The position numbers and the translations under genes were made by a program. DNA of 42,454 nucleotides from Pirellulales bacterium (GTDB taxonomy: Bacteria > Planctomycetota > Planctomycetia > Pirellulales > Thermoguttaceae): assembly GCA_016934075.1 (NCBI GenBank), contig JAFGTN010000578.1:1-42454 (forward strand), in the 5' to 3' direction. Below the pieces are notes generated by a model. The model saw only the letters and a list, made by a program, of their open reading frames with translations, was not told the origin of the DNA and searched no databases. This document shows, piece by piece, positions 1 through 9,900 of this stretch; position 1 is the first letter of the stretch; every line of letters starts with the position of its first letter.

Positions 1-2330
1 GCGGCATCATGACGGTATCGGACGGCGGGACCGTTGAAACCGCGGGCGCGCATATCGCGGCACTCGCCGATAGCACGGGCAGCGTATCGCTCAGCGGCGC
101 GGGCACTACCTGGAACGAGTCGCTAGATTTGAACGTGGGTGGTACCGCGGACACGCCCGGCGGTAATGGATCGCTGAGCGTAACGTCCGACGCCCTATTA
201 TCCGTGGCCGGCGAGTTGATATTATACGACAATAGCTCGTTCACCCTCGACGCCGGCAGCGTAAATGCGGGATCTTTCACTTTATCAGAAAATGTACAGT
301 TCAATTTTCGAGACGGCTCACTGAGGATCTCCGGCGGCTATTTTACAAACTCCAACGCCGCTGGCACGACCATCGACGGCAATTCTCCGACGGCTTTGCC
401 CACACTCCGATTGGTCGACGCCGCAAGCGCCGCGTGTGGTCCGTTGTTGGCCGTCGGTTACGACAAACGTGGCGAGGTGGAGATCCGCGGCGGTTCGACC
501 ATGTCCGCCGACGTAGTAAATATTGGCGTGAACACCGATTCGCAAGGCACCGTAACCGTGGCCGATCCCGGTTCGCAATTGCAATTCGTGGGCACGTTGC
601 AAATCGGCGAAAATGGTTCTGGAGAGCTTAACATTATTGACGGCGCAACCGTTCAGTGCGTCGAAATTTACATCGGGTGTAATTCGGGTGCCGATGGCAA
701 GGTCACCGTCGGAGGTAACCAATCCGCACTGACTTGCGACACCCTGGACGTTGGCAGCGGGCCCGCGGGACCGGGTGGCACGGCCGCTCTCGACGTAGAA
801 AGCAGCGGTTCGATCTTCGTGGATCAAGACTTGAATGTCTGGTCGGTGGGCAGCGTAGTGATCGAAGGCGGAAGCATCACAGTCGGCGGGCAAATGAATT
901 GCGGCGGTCCTGTCGACCTCATCGGGGGCACGTTATCGGTTGGGCAAATCACCTGCACGGCCGGAAAATTCAACTTTTCGGGCGGGACACTCAATATCAC
1001 CGCTACCGATCTGATCATCGACGACTCGGAACCGCTGGGCAGTTCTCTCGACTTGACCTCGGGACAACACATCAATGTCGCCTATCAGACAATTGTCGAG
1101 GCCGGATCACTGGTTCGCGTCGATCGGGGCGCTTCGCTCACCGCCGACGAGATTCACAATCATGGCGAACTCGAACTGACCGGATACTCGTCCGAACTCC
1201 GGGCGGTGAATCTTTTAAACACAGGCTTGATTCAAGGTAATGGTTGTATCAAAGCGGTGTTGCAAAATGATACCAACGGACAAATTAGAGTTGAATCAGG
1301 CAACCGTATCGTTGTCGACGCCGATGCACCGAACAGCATCAATCAGGGAACAATCGACCTGGCCGACGGAACCTTTGAATACACAAATGCGTTCATTAAC
1401 GGCGCCACCGGTTTTATCGCCGGACGAGGCACGATACGATGCGGCGGTGAACTGCAAAATGACGGTGCCATCGTCTTAAGCGGAGGGTTTTCCGACATTC
1501 ACGGCGACGTGGTCAACGACGAAGTTGGATCGACAATCGTGATTACCGGTGGCGGTGTCACTACTTTCTATGACGATGTACATAGTGACGGACTGATACG
1601 CGTCAGTGCCGATTGTGCGGCCGTCTTTCTCGGCGAGTTTAGCGGCACGGGTGGAACTTCCGGCACGGGCACAGTGTATCTAGAAGGCGACCTGCGGCCG
1701 GGTAACAGCCCTGCGGAACTGCATTTTGGCGGCGACCTAGTGCTGGGCAATAACGCCTCGATGGATATCGAACTCGCTGGCAATGAGCCCGGTGACGGGT
1801 ATGATGTGGTCGACGTGTCTGGCATGCTTTCGATCGATGGCGAACTGAACGTGACTTTCATCGATGGCTTCAGCCCCTTGCCAACCGACACGTTCGATAT
1901 CCTCGATTTCACCGAGATATCCGGCACTTTCAGCCAAATCAACCTGCCAAGCTTGGGCAGCCACATGGAGTGGGATACCTCGCGACTTTACACGACTGGC
2001 GAACTGGCGATGATCTACGATCCGTTTGCCGGCGACGCCAATCGCGACGGCAAGGTCGACGACGCCGACGCCGCGATACTGGCCGTCAACTGGTTCGGCG
2101 GACCGGGGCTGAGCTGGGATCAAGGCGATTTCAATGGCGACGGATTCGTCAACGACATCGACGCCACTCTGCTGGCCGTGAATTGGCAAAAGTCGATTGG
2201 CGTCAATGTCACTTCGATTCCGGAACCTTCGATTGCGTTGCTGTTGATGTGTATTGCGATCTCGGCTGCCATGCTACGCCGAAGGAACTTCAATCAGCAT
2301 ATTCGGCAACAGCGTCGAACATGGCGATAA
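1..2330 (+). CDS. Repeat-rich secreted surface protein with two dockerin-like repeats and a C-terminal PEP-CTERM sorting signal (5' end probably outside the window)
   Basis: ORF 9..2330 stays open in frame to the window edge (nt 3-8 GGC ATC, no stop). The first Met runs straight into G/S/T/V-rich repeats with no signal peptide, so the true start is likely upstream. GDANRDGKVDDADAAILAVNW and GDFNGDGFVNDIDATLLAVNW (nt ~2031-2185) are dockerin/EF-hand-like repeats. The tail IPEPS + IALLLMCIAISAAML + RRRN has PEP-CTERM architecture. Confidence 0.75.
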   Translation, partial: GIMTVSDGGTVETAGAHIAALADSTGSVSLSGAGTTWNESLDLNVGGTADTPGGNGSLSVTSDALLSVAGELILYDNSSFTLDAGSVNAGSFTLSENVQFNFRDGSLRISGGYFTNSNAAGTTIDGNSPTALPTLRLVDAASAACGPLLAVGYDKRGEVEIRGGSTMSADVVNIGVNTDSQGTVTVADPGSQLQFVGTLQIGENGSGELNIIDGATVQCVEIYIGCNSGADGKVTVGGNQSALTCDTLDVGSGPAGPGGTAALDVESSGSIFVDQDLNVWSVGSVVIEGGSITVGGQMNCGGPVDLIGGTLSVGQITCTAGKFNFSGGTLNITATDLIIDDSEPLGSSLDLTSGQHINVAYQTIVEAGSLVRVDRGASLTADEIHNHGELELTGYSSELRAVNLLNTGLIQGNGCIKAVLQNDTNGQIRVESGNRIVVDADAPNSINQGTIDLADGTFEYTNAFINGATGFIAGRGTIRCGGELQNDGAIVLSGGFSDIHGDVVNDEVGSTIVITGGGVTTFYDDVHSDGLIRVSADCAAVFLGEFSGTGGTSGTGTVYLEGDLRPGNSPAELHFGGDLVLGNNASMDIELAGNEPGDGYDVVDVSGMLSIDGELNVTFIDGFSPLPTDTFDILDFTEISGTFSQINLPSLGSHMEWDTSRLYTTGELAMIYDPFAGDANRDGKVDDADAAILAVNWFGGPGLSWDQGDFNGDGFVNDIDATLLAVNWQKSIGVNVTSIPEPSIALLLMCIAISAAMLRRRNFNQHIRQQRRTWR
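2220..2285 (+). other. PEP-CTERM sorting motif (PEP, hydrophobic helix, Arg cluster)
   Basis: Codons CCG GAA CCT at 2220..2228 encode P-E-P. They are followed by SIALLLMCIAISAAML and then RRR (ending at 2285). This is the classical exosortase-substrate C-terminus. Confidence 0.7.
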
Positions 2331-3516
2331 TGTTCTCGGCCGGAACATCGGCTAGAATATTATGCACCTGCTGAAACACGAATCCGCCACCGGGATTGAG
2401 AATCGATAGCTGCGTTTGCACGTGCCGGCGAATTTCGTCCGGGGTGCCGTACGAAAGAGTATGCCGTGTATCGCAACCGCCGCCCCAAAAGGTGAGCCGA
2501 TCACCGAAATCTTTTTTCAACTTCCCCGCGTCCATGCCCGAGCATGTTATCTGTACTGGATTGATCGCATCCAATCCGGCTTCGATAAGGTCATTCAAGA
2601 TCGGTCGGACTCCACCGCAACAGTGCAACATAACTTTCACGTCGGCCAGTTCCTTGGCTCTCTTCCACATCCGCTCGTGCCGGGGCTTGAAGAAACGCTT
2701 ATAAGTGACCGGCGACATCTGCGGGCCGTCTTGCATACCCAAATCATCGCCAAAAACGATTATGTCGATATATGGACCGACCTTACTAAGATAACCCTCG
2801 AGATTTTTCAAGTGCATTTCGACGGCTCGGTCGAGGAATGCTTCGACTTTTTCGGGCTCGGCGGCCAACATCATCAGAAAACGATCCATACGATATAGCC
2901 ACTGGCCCAATTCCAGAAGGTTGCCGCCGAAAAGTCCCACGATTGCACGGTCGCTGGTTTCTCGTAGATGCTTTGCGCCTTCAGCCAGACGATCGCCTTC
3001 GCCCAACGGTCCCGGCGGCGAAGCAATGGCCGCCCACATGCAATTCCCCAACTCTTCTTCCAGGCGGTCTAAATCTTCGTCTTCGTTTTCCAGAAACGGC
3101 CAATGGCACTGCTCGAAATATATGGCGCCGTCGGGCATCTTGGCTATGGGTTTGCCCGCCGTTCCGCGAAGCACCCAACTATCATCGACTCGCTCGGGCA
3201 ATGCCCAGGCCGGCATTTGTGCGGGAGTTCCATCCGGCAAGGTCCAGTCAAGCCAATCAGTATCGTTCTGAGCGAACCCACGTCCTAACTCTATCACATC
3301 CACCCCAAAGCGATCCAAGACATCGTTGTCGATAATGGCCAATTGTTGGATAGGATCGTAGATACGAATCGGACGTTTATCCAGTCCCAATGCATCACGA
3401 AGCCCGCCGTAAGCCAGAGCGGCAATACCAGACGAGCGGTGGCCGCCAAAATCAACAGCCGGACGGTCAGTCTGCTCATGTCGCAGCACGGCCCGGACTC
3501 TGTCTCTCGAAGTCAT
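2290..3516 (-). CDS. Uroporphyrinogen-decarboxylase-fold (URO-D/MtaA-like) family protein, not a canonical HemE
   Basis: 408-aa ORF with ATG at 3514-3516 preceded by AAGGA. Length and motifs (MLHCCGG..., GGGFVFQQVHNILADVP) resemble URO-D-fold proteins as I remember them. The N-terminus lacks the RQAGR-type HemE motif. No search was run. Confidence 0.55.
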   Translation of the reverse strand: MTSRDRVRAVLRHEQTDRPAVDFGGHRSSGIAALAYGGLRDALGLDKRPIRIYDPIQQLAIIDNDVLDRFGVDVIELGRGFAQNDTDWLDWTLPDGTPAQMPAWALPERVDDSWVLRGTAGKPIAKMPDGAIYFEQCHWPFLENEDEDLDRLEEELGNCMWAAIASPPGPLGEGDRLAEGAKHLRETSDRAIVGLFGGNLLELGQWLYRMDRFLMMLAAEPEKVEAFLDRAVEMHLKNLEGYLSKVGPYIDIIVFGDDLGMQDGPQMSPVTYKRFFKPRHERMWKRAKELADVKVMLHCCGGVRPILNDLIEAGLDAINPVQITCSGMDAGKLKKDFGDRLTFWGGGCDTRHTLSYGTPDEIRRHVQTQLSILNPGGGFVFQQVHNILADVPAENIIAMFDAVAEYAD

Positions 3517-3920
3517 AAAAAATTTCCTTTTTAATCCGCGCTATCGTGATCGTGGCATTCTAGAAACAACACGGCGGAACGTCAAATCTACCCATCCAAA
3601 GAGGGGAAGCTTTATTCGTTTATGCTTTTTGGGCGGCTTTGAGTGCTGCATGATTGCTGCAAAACGTCATATAGTTCCCCATGTCGGGGGATGCGAAGAC
3701 TTTCGGTATGTTTTTCATCTAAAGATGGGATAAATTTGGAATATTAAATTTAACCCATGTGTACGGGGGGGAGGGTGGCAGAAAGCGGTATTTTCTGGTA
3801 GTATGGTCCAAGGAATATTGAGAGGCGGTCTTCATATATTATTACACGGCCACAGTTTATGCGTGGACCGCGCTTCTGAGTTTGCATTTATAGAACAGCT
3901 TAGTGGCTTGAAAGGCTCTG
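3517..3920. promoter_or_regulatory. 404-bp divergent intergenic region, presumably holding promoters for the URO-D-like gene (-) and the giant peptidase gene (+)
   Basis: No ORF of 60 aa or more. It is AT-richer than its flanks and sits between divergently oriented start codons (3516 and 3921). No specific -35/-10 boxes could be assigned confidently. Confidence 0.3.
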
Positions 3921-6900
3921 ATGTCTGGATTCGGCAGGAAGGCGAAGAGGCTTGCGTGGGGTAATCGGTTCTTTGGAAAGAACTGTCGCGCGCGTACTCG
4001 CGCTATCACGGCAAAAAGTAGCGATCAGCATCACCGGTTTCATCAAACGCGATTCGAACAGCTTGAAGATCGGCGTCTATTAGCTCCCGTCATTGAAGGC
4101 ATGGGAGAAATTAGCGGTAGTTTTCTTCCAGGCAGTCTTATCTATCATCGCTCGATTGTGGGCGAAATTTCATCGACAGTTGAAGACGATTCTTTTGTCG
4201 TTGAGTTGGACCAAGACCAAACGATCACTGCTGTAGTCAACGCTTCCGAGTTATTTCAGCCGGGTGTGTATATTTGCGGCCCGGACGGTTCGAATATCGG
4301 GAGCGCCGCTTCTTCTGCCCCGGGTGAAAAGACAGTTGCCCAAACCATTTCGGTCCGAGAAGCCGGTTCCTATACAATCCATGTTTATGGTCTTAACGGG
4401 AGCACCGGTACTTATGATGCGGTGCTGACTTTCAATGCAGCCGAAGAACAGGAAAATCCCGGCGAAGCTACCAACAATCTTTTCACCAACGCGGAGTCGA
4501 TCGATGCCAGTTTCATCGGATTTTCCGGCGGTGCCGCTTTCCGCGGCGCGGTGGTGGGGAAGTTGGCGGGCACTTCAACGGATGAGGATTGGTTCTCATT
4601 TACGCTTGATGCAGGCTCTACGGCCAGCCTGCTGTTGGCGGCCGATCCGGGTGAATCACAAGGACAGTCACCGACAACCGGTAACCGTCCCCAACTCGAG
4701 CTATTCGACGCCCAAGGTACGCGGCTTGCTCTGGGTGTGGATGTCGATATTAAAATCGCAGAGGATACGACTGTTCTGGGGCACTCGATCGAACATTTTG
4801 TCGCCGCCTCCGACAGTACGTTCTATGCAAGAGTGGTCGGACAAGACCTCAATTACACCTTGGTGGTAACTGCCGACGCCGCGCTTGATCTGGGAAACAA
4901 CTCTAATTCGACATTGCTCAACATCGACCAGGCATTGCCGCCTTGGGAGGGCGGTCCCTCACAGGATATATCCGACCGTGAAGGTGTTTTGGGAGAAATC
5001 GGGAACATCGTTTCCGGCTGGACATTCATGATCTACCTCGACGCCGACAATAATCTCGAAGGTGCCGGCATCGAAGATTTTCTCGAAATGTCCTCGGTTG
5101 GCTCGACCGAAGACGTGAATATCGTTGTGCAATTCGACCGGGCTTTTAGCTATGATTACAGCTACGATAACTGGACGGGAGCACGACGTGGATTGGTTAA
5201 TCAAGGAGACGTTCCTGACCTGAACTGGGGCAACGATATCGGTGAAGTCGACATGGGCAATCCCCAAACCGTTATCGATTTCGTCGAATGGTCGATGGAA
5301 GAATATCCGGCCGGCAACTACGCACTGATCTACTGGGACCATGGAAATGGTTTCGAGGGTATTTGCACCGATTCAAGCTCCGGTGACGAACTCGAGATGA
5401 CCGACCTGGTCACCGTCATCGATGCCACCGAATCGGTAAACCTGGTGGGATTCGACGCCTGTTTGATGGGCATGACAGAGGTCGCCTACCAGTATCGCAA
5501 TGGCGCCGATGTGATGCTGGCCTCCGAGGCAACCGAATGGCTCGACGGATGGGAGTATCAGAACTTCCTCGACGATCTTGTAGCCGATCCGACAATGAGC
5601 GCGGAAATCCTGGCCGGTCATATTATCGATGCATTCGGGGATCGATATGATGCCGATGGAGATTCCACGCTTTCCGCAATCGATCTGGCTCGCATGGTTT
5701 CGGTTGATTCTCCGTTTATCAGCGGCATCAATCAGTTCTCCGACTGGATGACTACTTCAGCAACCACCGACGACTGGGACGCCGTAGACAATGCATCGGA
5801 TACCGCCAAACGATGGTCGGAACCGAACTACATAGACCTGGGAGATTTCATTACCCGCATCGGCCAGTCGGACATCAGCCCGGAACTGTCCGCCATCGTC
5901 GATCAACTTCTCGATGCATTAGACTCGGTTGTGCTGGAAAACTATGGTGGGATTTCCGCGCCCAACACGGGACTTTCCATCTATCTGCCACAACTGTTCG
6001 GGTATGTCAGCTCGGGATATAACGAGGATCTTGATTTTGTCGCCGATACCCACTGGGACGATTTTATTACAGCCAGCCTTCCATCGACTTTGGCAGTGAG
6101 CACCTCAGCGGCTTCGAGATTTTCCGGATTGCCGAGTTACATGCCTCAGGTTTACGGCCCACTGGAACCGGTGATCTATGGCCCGGTGCTTTCCCAATCC
6201 GCCGATTCGATCATCGCATCCTTGCTCAGACCATACTCGTCCAGCACGCACCGTAAGGGATGGATTTTAGACGGTTCAACGCAAAGCGATTCGTCAACCA
6301 CGCCAAAGCGAGAGGCTACCTCTGCCGAAGACGCTTACTTCACTGGCGATTGGTATTCTGTTGAAGTGGCCGCCGGCGATTGGTTAACCGTGTGGACAAC
6401 CACTCCGGGCGACGGTGATTTCGATTTCAGGAATACGTTCGATCCATATATTGAACTCTATGATCCCAATGGCCAGTTGCTTACCTCGGACGACAATACG
6501 GTATATGGCCGAAACGCTTTGATCTCACACTCGGCCGAGACTAGCGGTCGTTATTGGATCAGAGTAGATGCATCTCCCTTGTATCCCAACTCCACGGGCC
6601 AATATTTCCTTCGTGTTCTCGAACCCGAGGGGCCGTCAGCACCGCTCTCGATATCTTCGACGAGTCTTCCTGACGGAACGCAACGCTCAGAGACAATCAC
6701 AAGTGTGATGGTCGTGTTCTCAGACCAGTTACTGCTTTCCACTCTTGACGCTTCCGCCTTGACAATCGACGGCACAATTGAAGCCGCCGGCTACACTGTA
6801 CTTAACGGCAATACGGTCCACTTCGATTTGCCCGTCGATATCGGCGAGGGCAGCCATACCTTGGAAATCGCTGCGGGTTCCATCTACGACATCCAGGGCA

Positions 6901-9900
6901 CGCCAGTGACCGCCTATACATCCTCGTTTGAAATCGACACTTCGCCGCCCAGGATTGTGGAAAGTTCAATTCAACAAGGAGACTTGCTACTAGCCGGCCA
7001 ACTGGTTTATCAGGCCACCTTCGACCAGTCTCTCCGCGTGGAAAACCTTGATCCGACCGACGTGCTGCTAGTCGGCTCGGAAGGCGGTCAGATCGCGGCA
7101 ACCGCGTTAAATTATAACCCGGATACCAAGACCGTGAGCGTGGAATTCTCCTCGCTTGGTGAAGATAATTATAGCCTGAGACTGCTCAGCGGCGATGGCC
7201 ATTTCGAAGATACTTCTGGCACCGATCTCGACGGCGAAGCCACAGCTTTCCCCATCGGCCCGAATACCTCCGGCGACGGACTGCCAGGCGGTGATTTTAT
7301 TGTCGAGTTCTCCACTGAGATCGAATCGCTGTCTATCCCCGGCCCGGTCCAAGATGTGTTGCCCGCCGGTTCACTCGTTCGACTGTTGACGGCCACGGGT
7401 TCTGTTGGGCAGTCCGGTGATATCGATACTTTCACGATAGAGTTGCAGGCCGGACAGACTCTGGCCACGGTCCTGCACTCTTCGGAAACACTAGTCTCGA
7501 TGCTCATAGTGACCGATCCCGGCGGCGGCATATCGACAAGTGTTGCGCAGACACCCGGACAGAACATTTTCCATCAGGCTACCGCCACTATGGACGGCAC
7601 CTACGAAGTGCTAGTGACGGGTACGCCCGACACATTAGGCGACTATGATTTACAGGTCATTGTAAACGCCTGTGTGGAGTTGGAGACCTATACGGAGATA
7701 TCCAACAATACGGTGCTCACGGCCCAGATACTGGATGGGAATTTCATCAACCTTACCGACTCGCAAGGCGCGACCCCGCAACGAGCAGCCGTGATCGGTT
7801 CGCTAGCTGATGAGCCGGGTGACGACTTTTACAGTTTCTCGCTGGCAGCACAACAGACTGCATCGATTGCACTGAATTCCAACGGCTCCGGTAAAATGAC
7901 GTTCGAACTTATCGACTCGGCTGGAAATCTGTTAAGCATTAGTGCCGAGTCAGAGAACGCCGATGCGGCAATCCATGGTTTTACGACCTCGACTGCTGGA
8001 ACATACTATTTACGCGTGATCGGCGAATCTGAATACTCTATGGTTGTCACCCGCGGCGCGGAATTCGATCTCGAGTCTAATGATACACTTCTCGATGCGC
8101 AGGACATAACAAACGCCGGAGGCGTACTTGGTTTTATTGATGTTTCCAGTGATGAAGATTGGTACCGCCTTGCTGTAGACGCCGGGCAGACTATAGAAAT
8201 CGAAACCTTCCTGCCGCTTAATGGAAGCGGCCTGCTGGCTTCGTCGCTCAATCCGGCCATCGAGTTGTACGATCCCCAGGGGAATATTGTTATCGCCGAC
8301 AGCGATTCAGCCGTCGATGGCATCAATGCGATCGTCATTCACGAGGCCGCTCAGACAGGTTCCTATAAACTCCGCGTTCTGGCCGAGCAAGGTCAAGGTG
8401 GTTATTACGTGAGCATGGACCTGGGCGATTCGTTCCCCGGCTACACCGCGCCGAGTGTGATTGCCACCGACCTGGACAACGGTGCGACCATAGCATTTTT
8501 CCCGATGGTTTACACTGCCGATTTCTCTGAACAATTGCTGCTCACATCGCTTCAGCCGGGTGACTTAACGGTCGAAGGCATGCCTGCATTGAACTATACG
8601 GTCGTCGACGGCGACACGATCTCCTTCGAACTCGATCCACAACTTTATACCACGCACGGAGACGGAGTTTATCAGGTGTTGTTGGGCGCGGGCGCTGTAA
8701 CCGACCTTCAAGGCGTGGGTAACCAGGAGTATGCCGGTACTTTCACTGTAGACACCACCGGCCCGCGAATTATCGCTACCACTTGGAACGGACAATCCTT
8801 CCCGGCAAATTCCGAACTTCCGGCCGGTCGGTTAGAGTTCGAAGCCGTTTTCGACGAGGATCTCTACGTCGACACCGAAATACGACCGACCGACGTCCTG
8901 GACCCGAATAATGTACTCCTGGTCGAAGCCAGTTCGTCAACGTTGTATTCGCCGGACGAAATTAGCTACGATCTTCAGACCGATCGTTACAAGGTAGTCT
9001 ACGATTACCTTCCACACGGCAGTTATGTGTTTGTGCTTTTATCGCAGGATGGTGGTTTCGAAGATGCCGTTGGAAATGATCTTGACGGCGAGTTTGGTCC
9101 AGGGCTGGACGGCGCACCCACTGGAGACGGCATTCCGGGCGGAAGCTACTCGACAATCTTTAACATCGTTTCCAACTCACACGTGGTCGGACGTCATATA
9201 TTCTATAACAACTCGCAGTGGGACGGCGACGAAACGGCACCGGGTGTTAACGACGATCCGGCAATTGCCACCGACAAATCGCCTCTCCTGCCGGGTGAAA
9301 CAGCCGTTTTCGCGAACTATACCAGCTATGATAAGGGTATCAACGGCATCATGATCGATGTTGATAATCTTCTGCCCACCATAGATCCTGACGTCGATGA
9401 TTTCACTTTCCGAGTTGGTAATAATGCCGACACGGGCACATGGAGCGAAGCACCCGAGCCGTCGTCTATCACATTGCGCCGAGGCGAGGGCGTTGGCGGT
9501 TCAGACCGTATTACCGTAATTTGGGACGACGGTGCGATCACCAAGCAGTGGTTGCAGGTAACTTTGTCTGGGCAACGCCTTGGATTGCCCGCCGACGATG
9601 TTTTCTATTGGGGTAATGCCATCGGGGAAGTAGGCGATCATCCAACTCAAGCACTCGTTAATGCCACGGACATTCTGGCTGCCAGAGACAATCCGCAACA
9701 GTCGCCTGGCGAGACCACTATCACTAATCCGTACGATTTCAACCGTGACGGCTTTGTAAACGCCACGGACGTTACTATTGCACAACTCAACAAGACCTCG
9801 CCGTTGACGGCTTTGCGAATGATCGAGGCACCATTTGAAACTGGTGGTGAAGCTGCCTCGCGAAGTGATTCCTCGGACGAGTACAACCAGGAAACGCTCA

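Noticed and set aside
318-2374. Several 60-190-aa ORFs antisense to or out of frame with the PEP-CTERM gene (e.g. 318..893 -, 734..1240 +, 1737..2189 -)
   Set aside because: They lie entirely inside a long ORF that has recognisable domains. Their translations are Arg/Gly/Pro-rich low-complexity sequence typical of off-frame reading of GC-rich DNA. No start context or domains are visible.
2290-3516. Annotating the URO-D-fold gene as hemE
   Set aside because: The N-terminal HemE signature (RQAGR-type) was not found, the protein is longer than typical HemE, and there are no heme-pathway neighbours. Only a family-level call is justified.
3765-3778. G-run GGGGGGGAGGGTGG as a G-quadruplex or phase-variable homopolymer
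   Set aside because: Only three clear G3 tracts plus a G2 are present. It lies about 145 nt from the nearest start codon, with no evidence of a promoter spacer role. A 7-nt G tract alone is weak evidence for phase variation.
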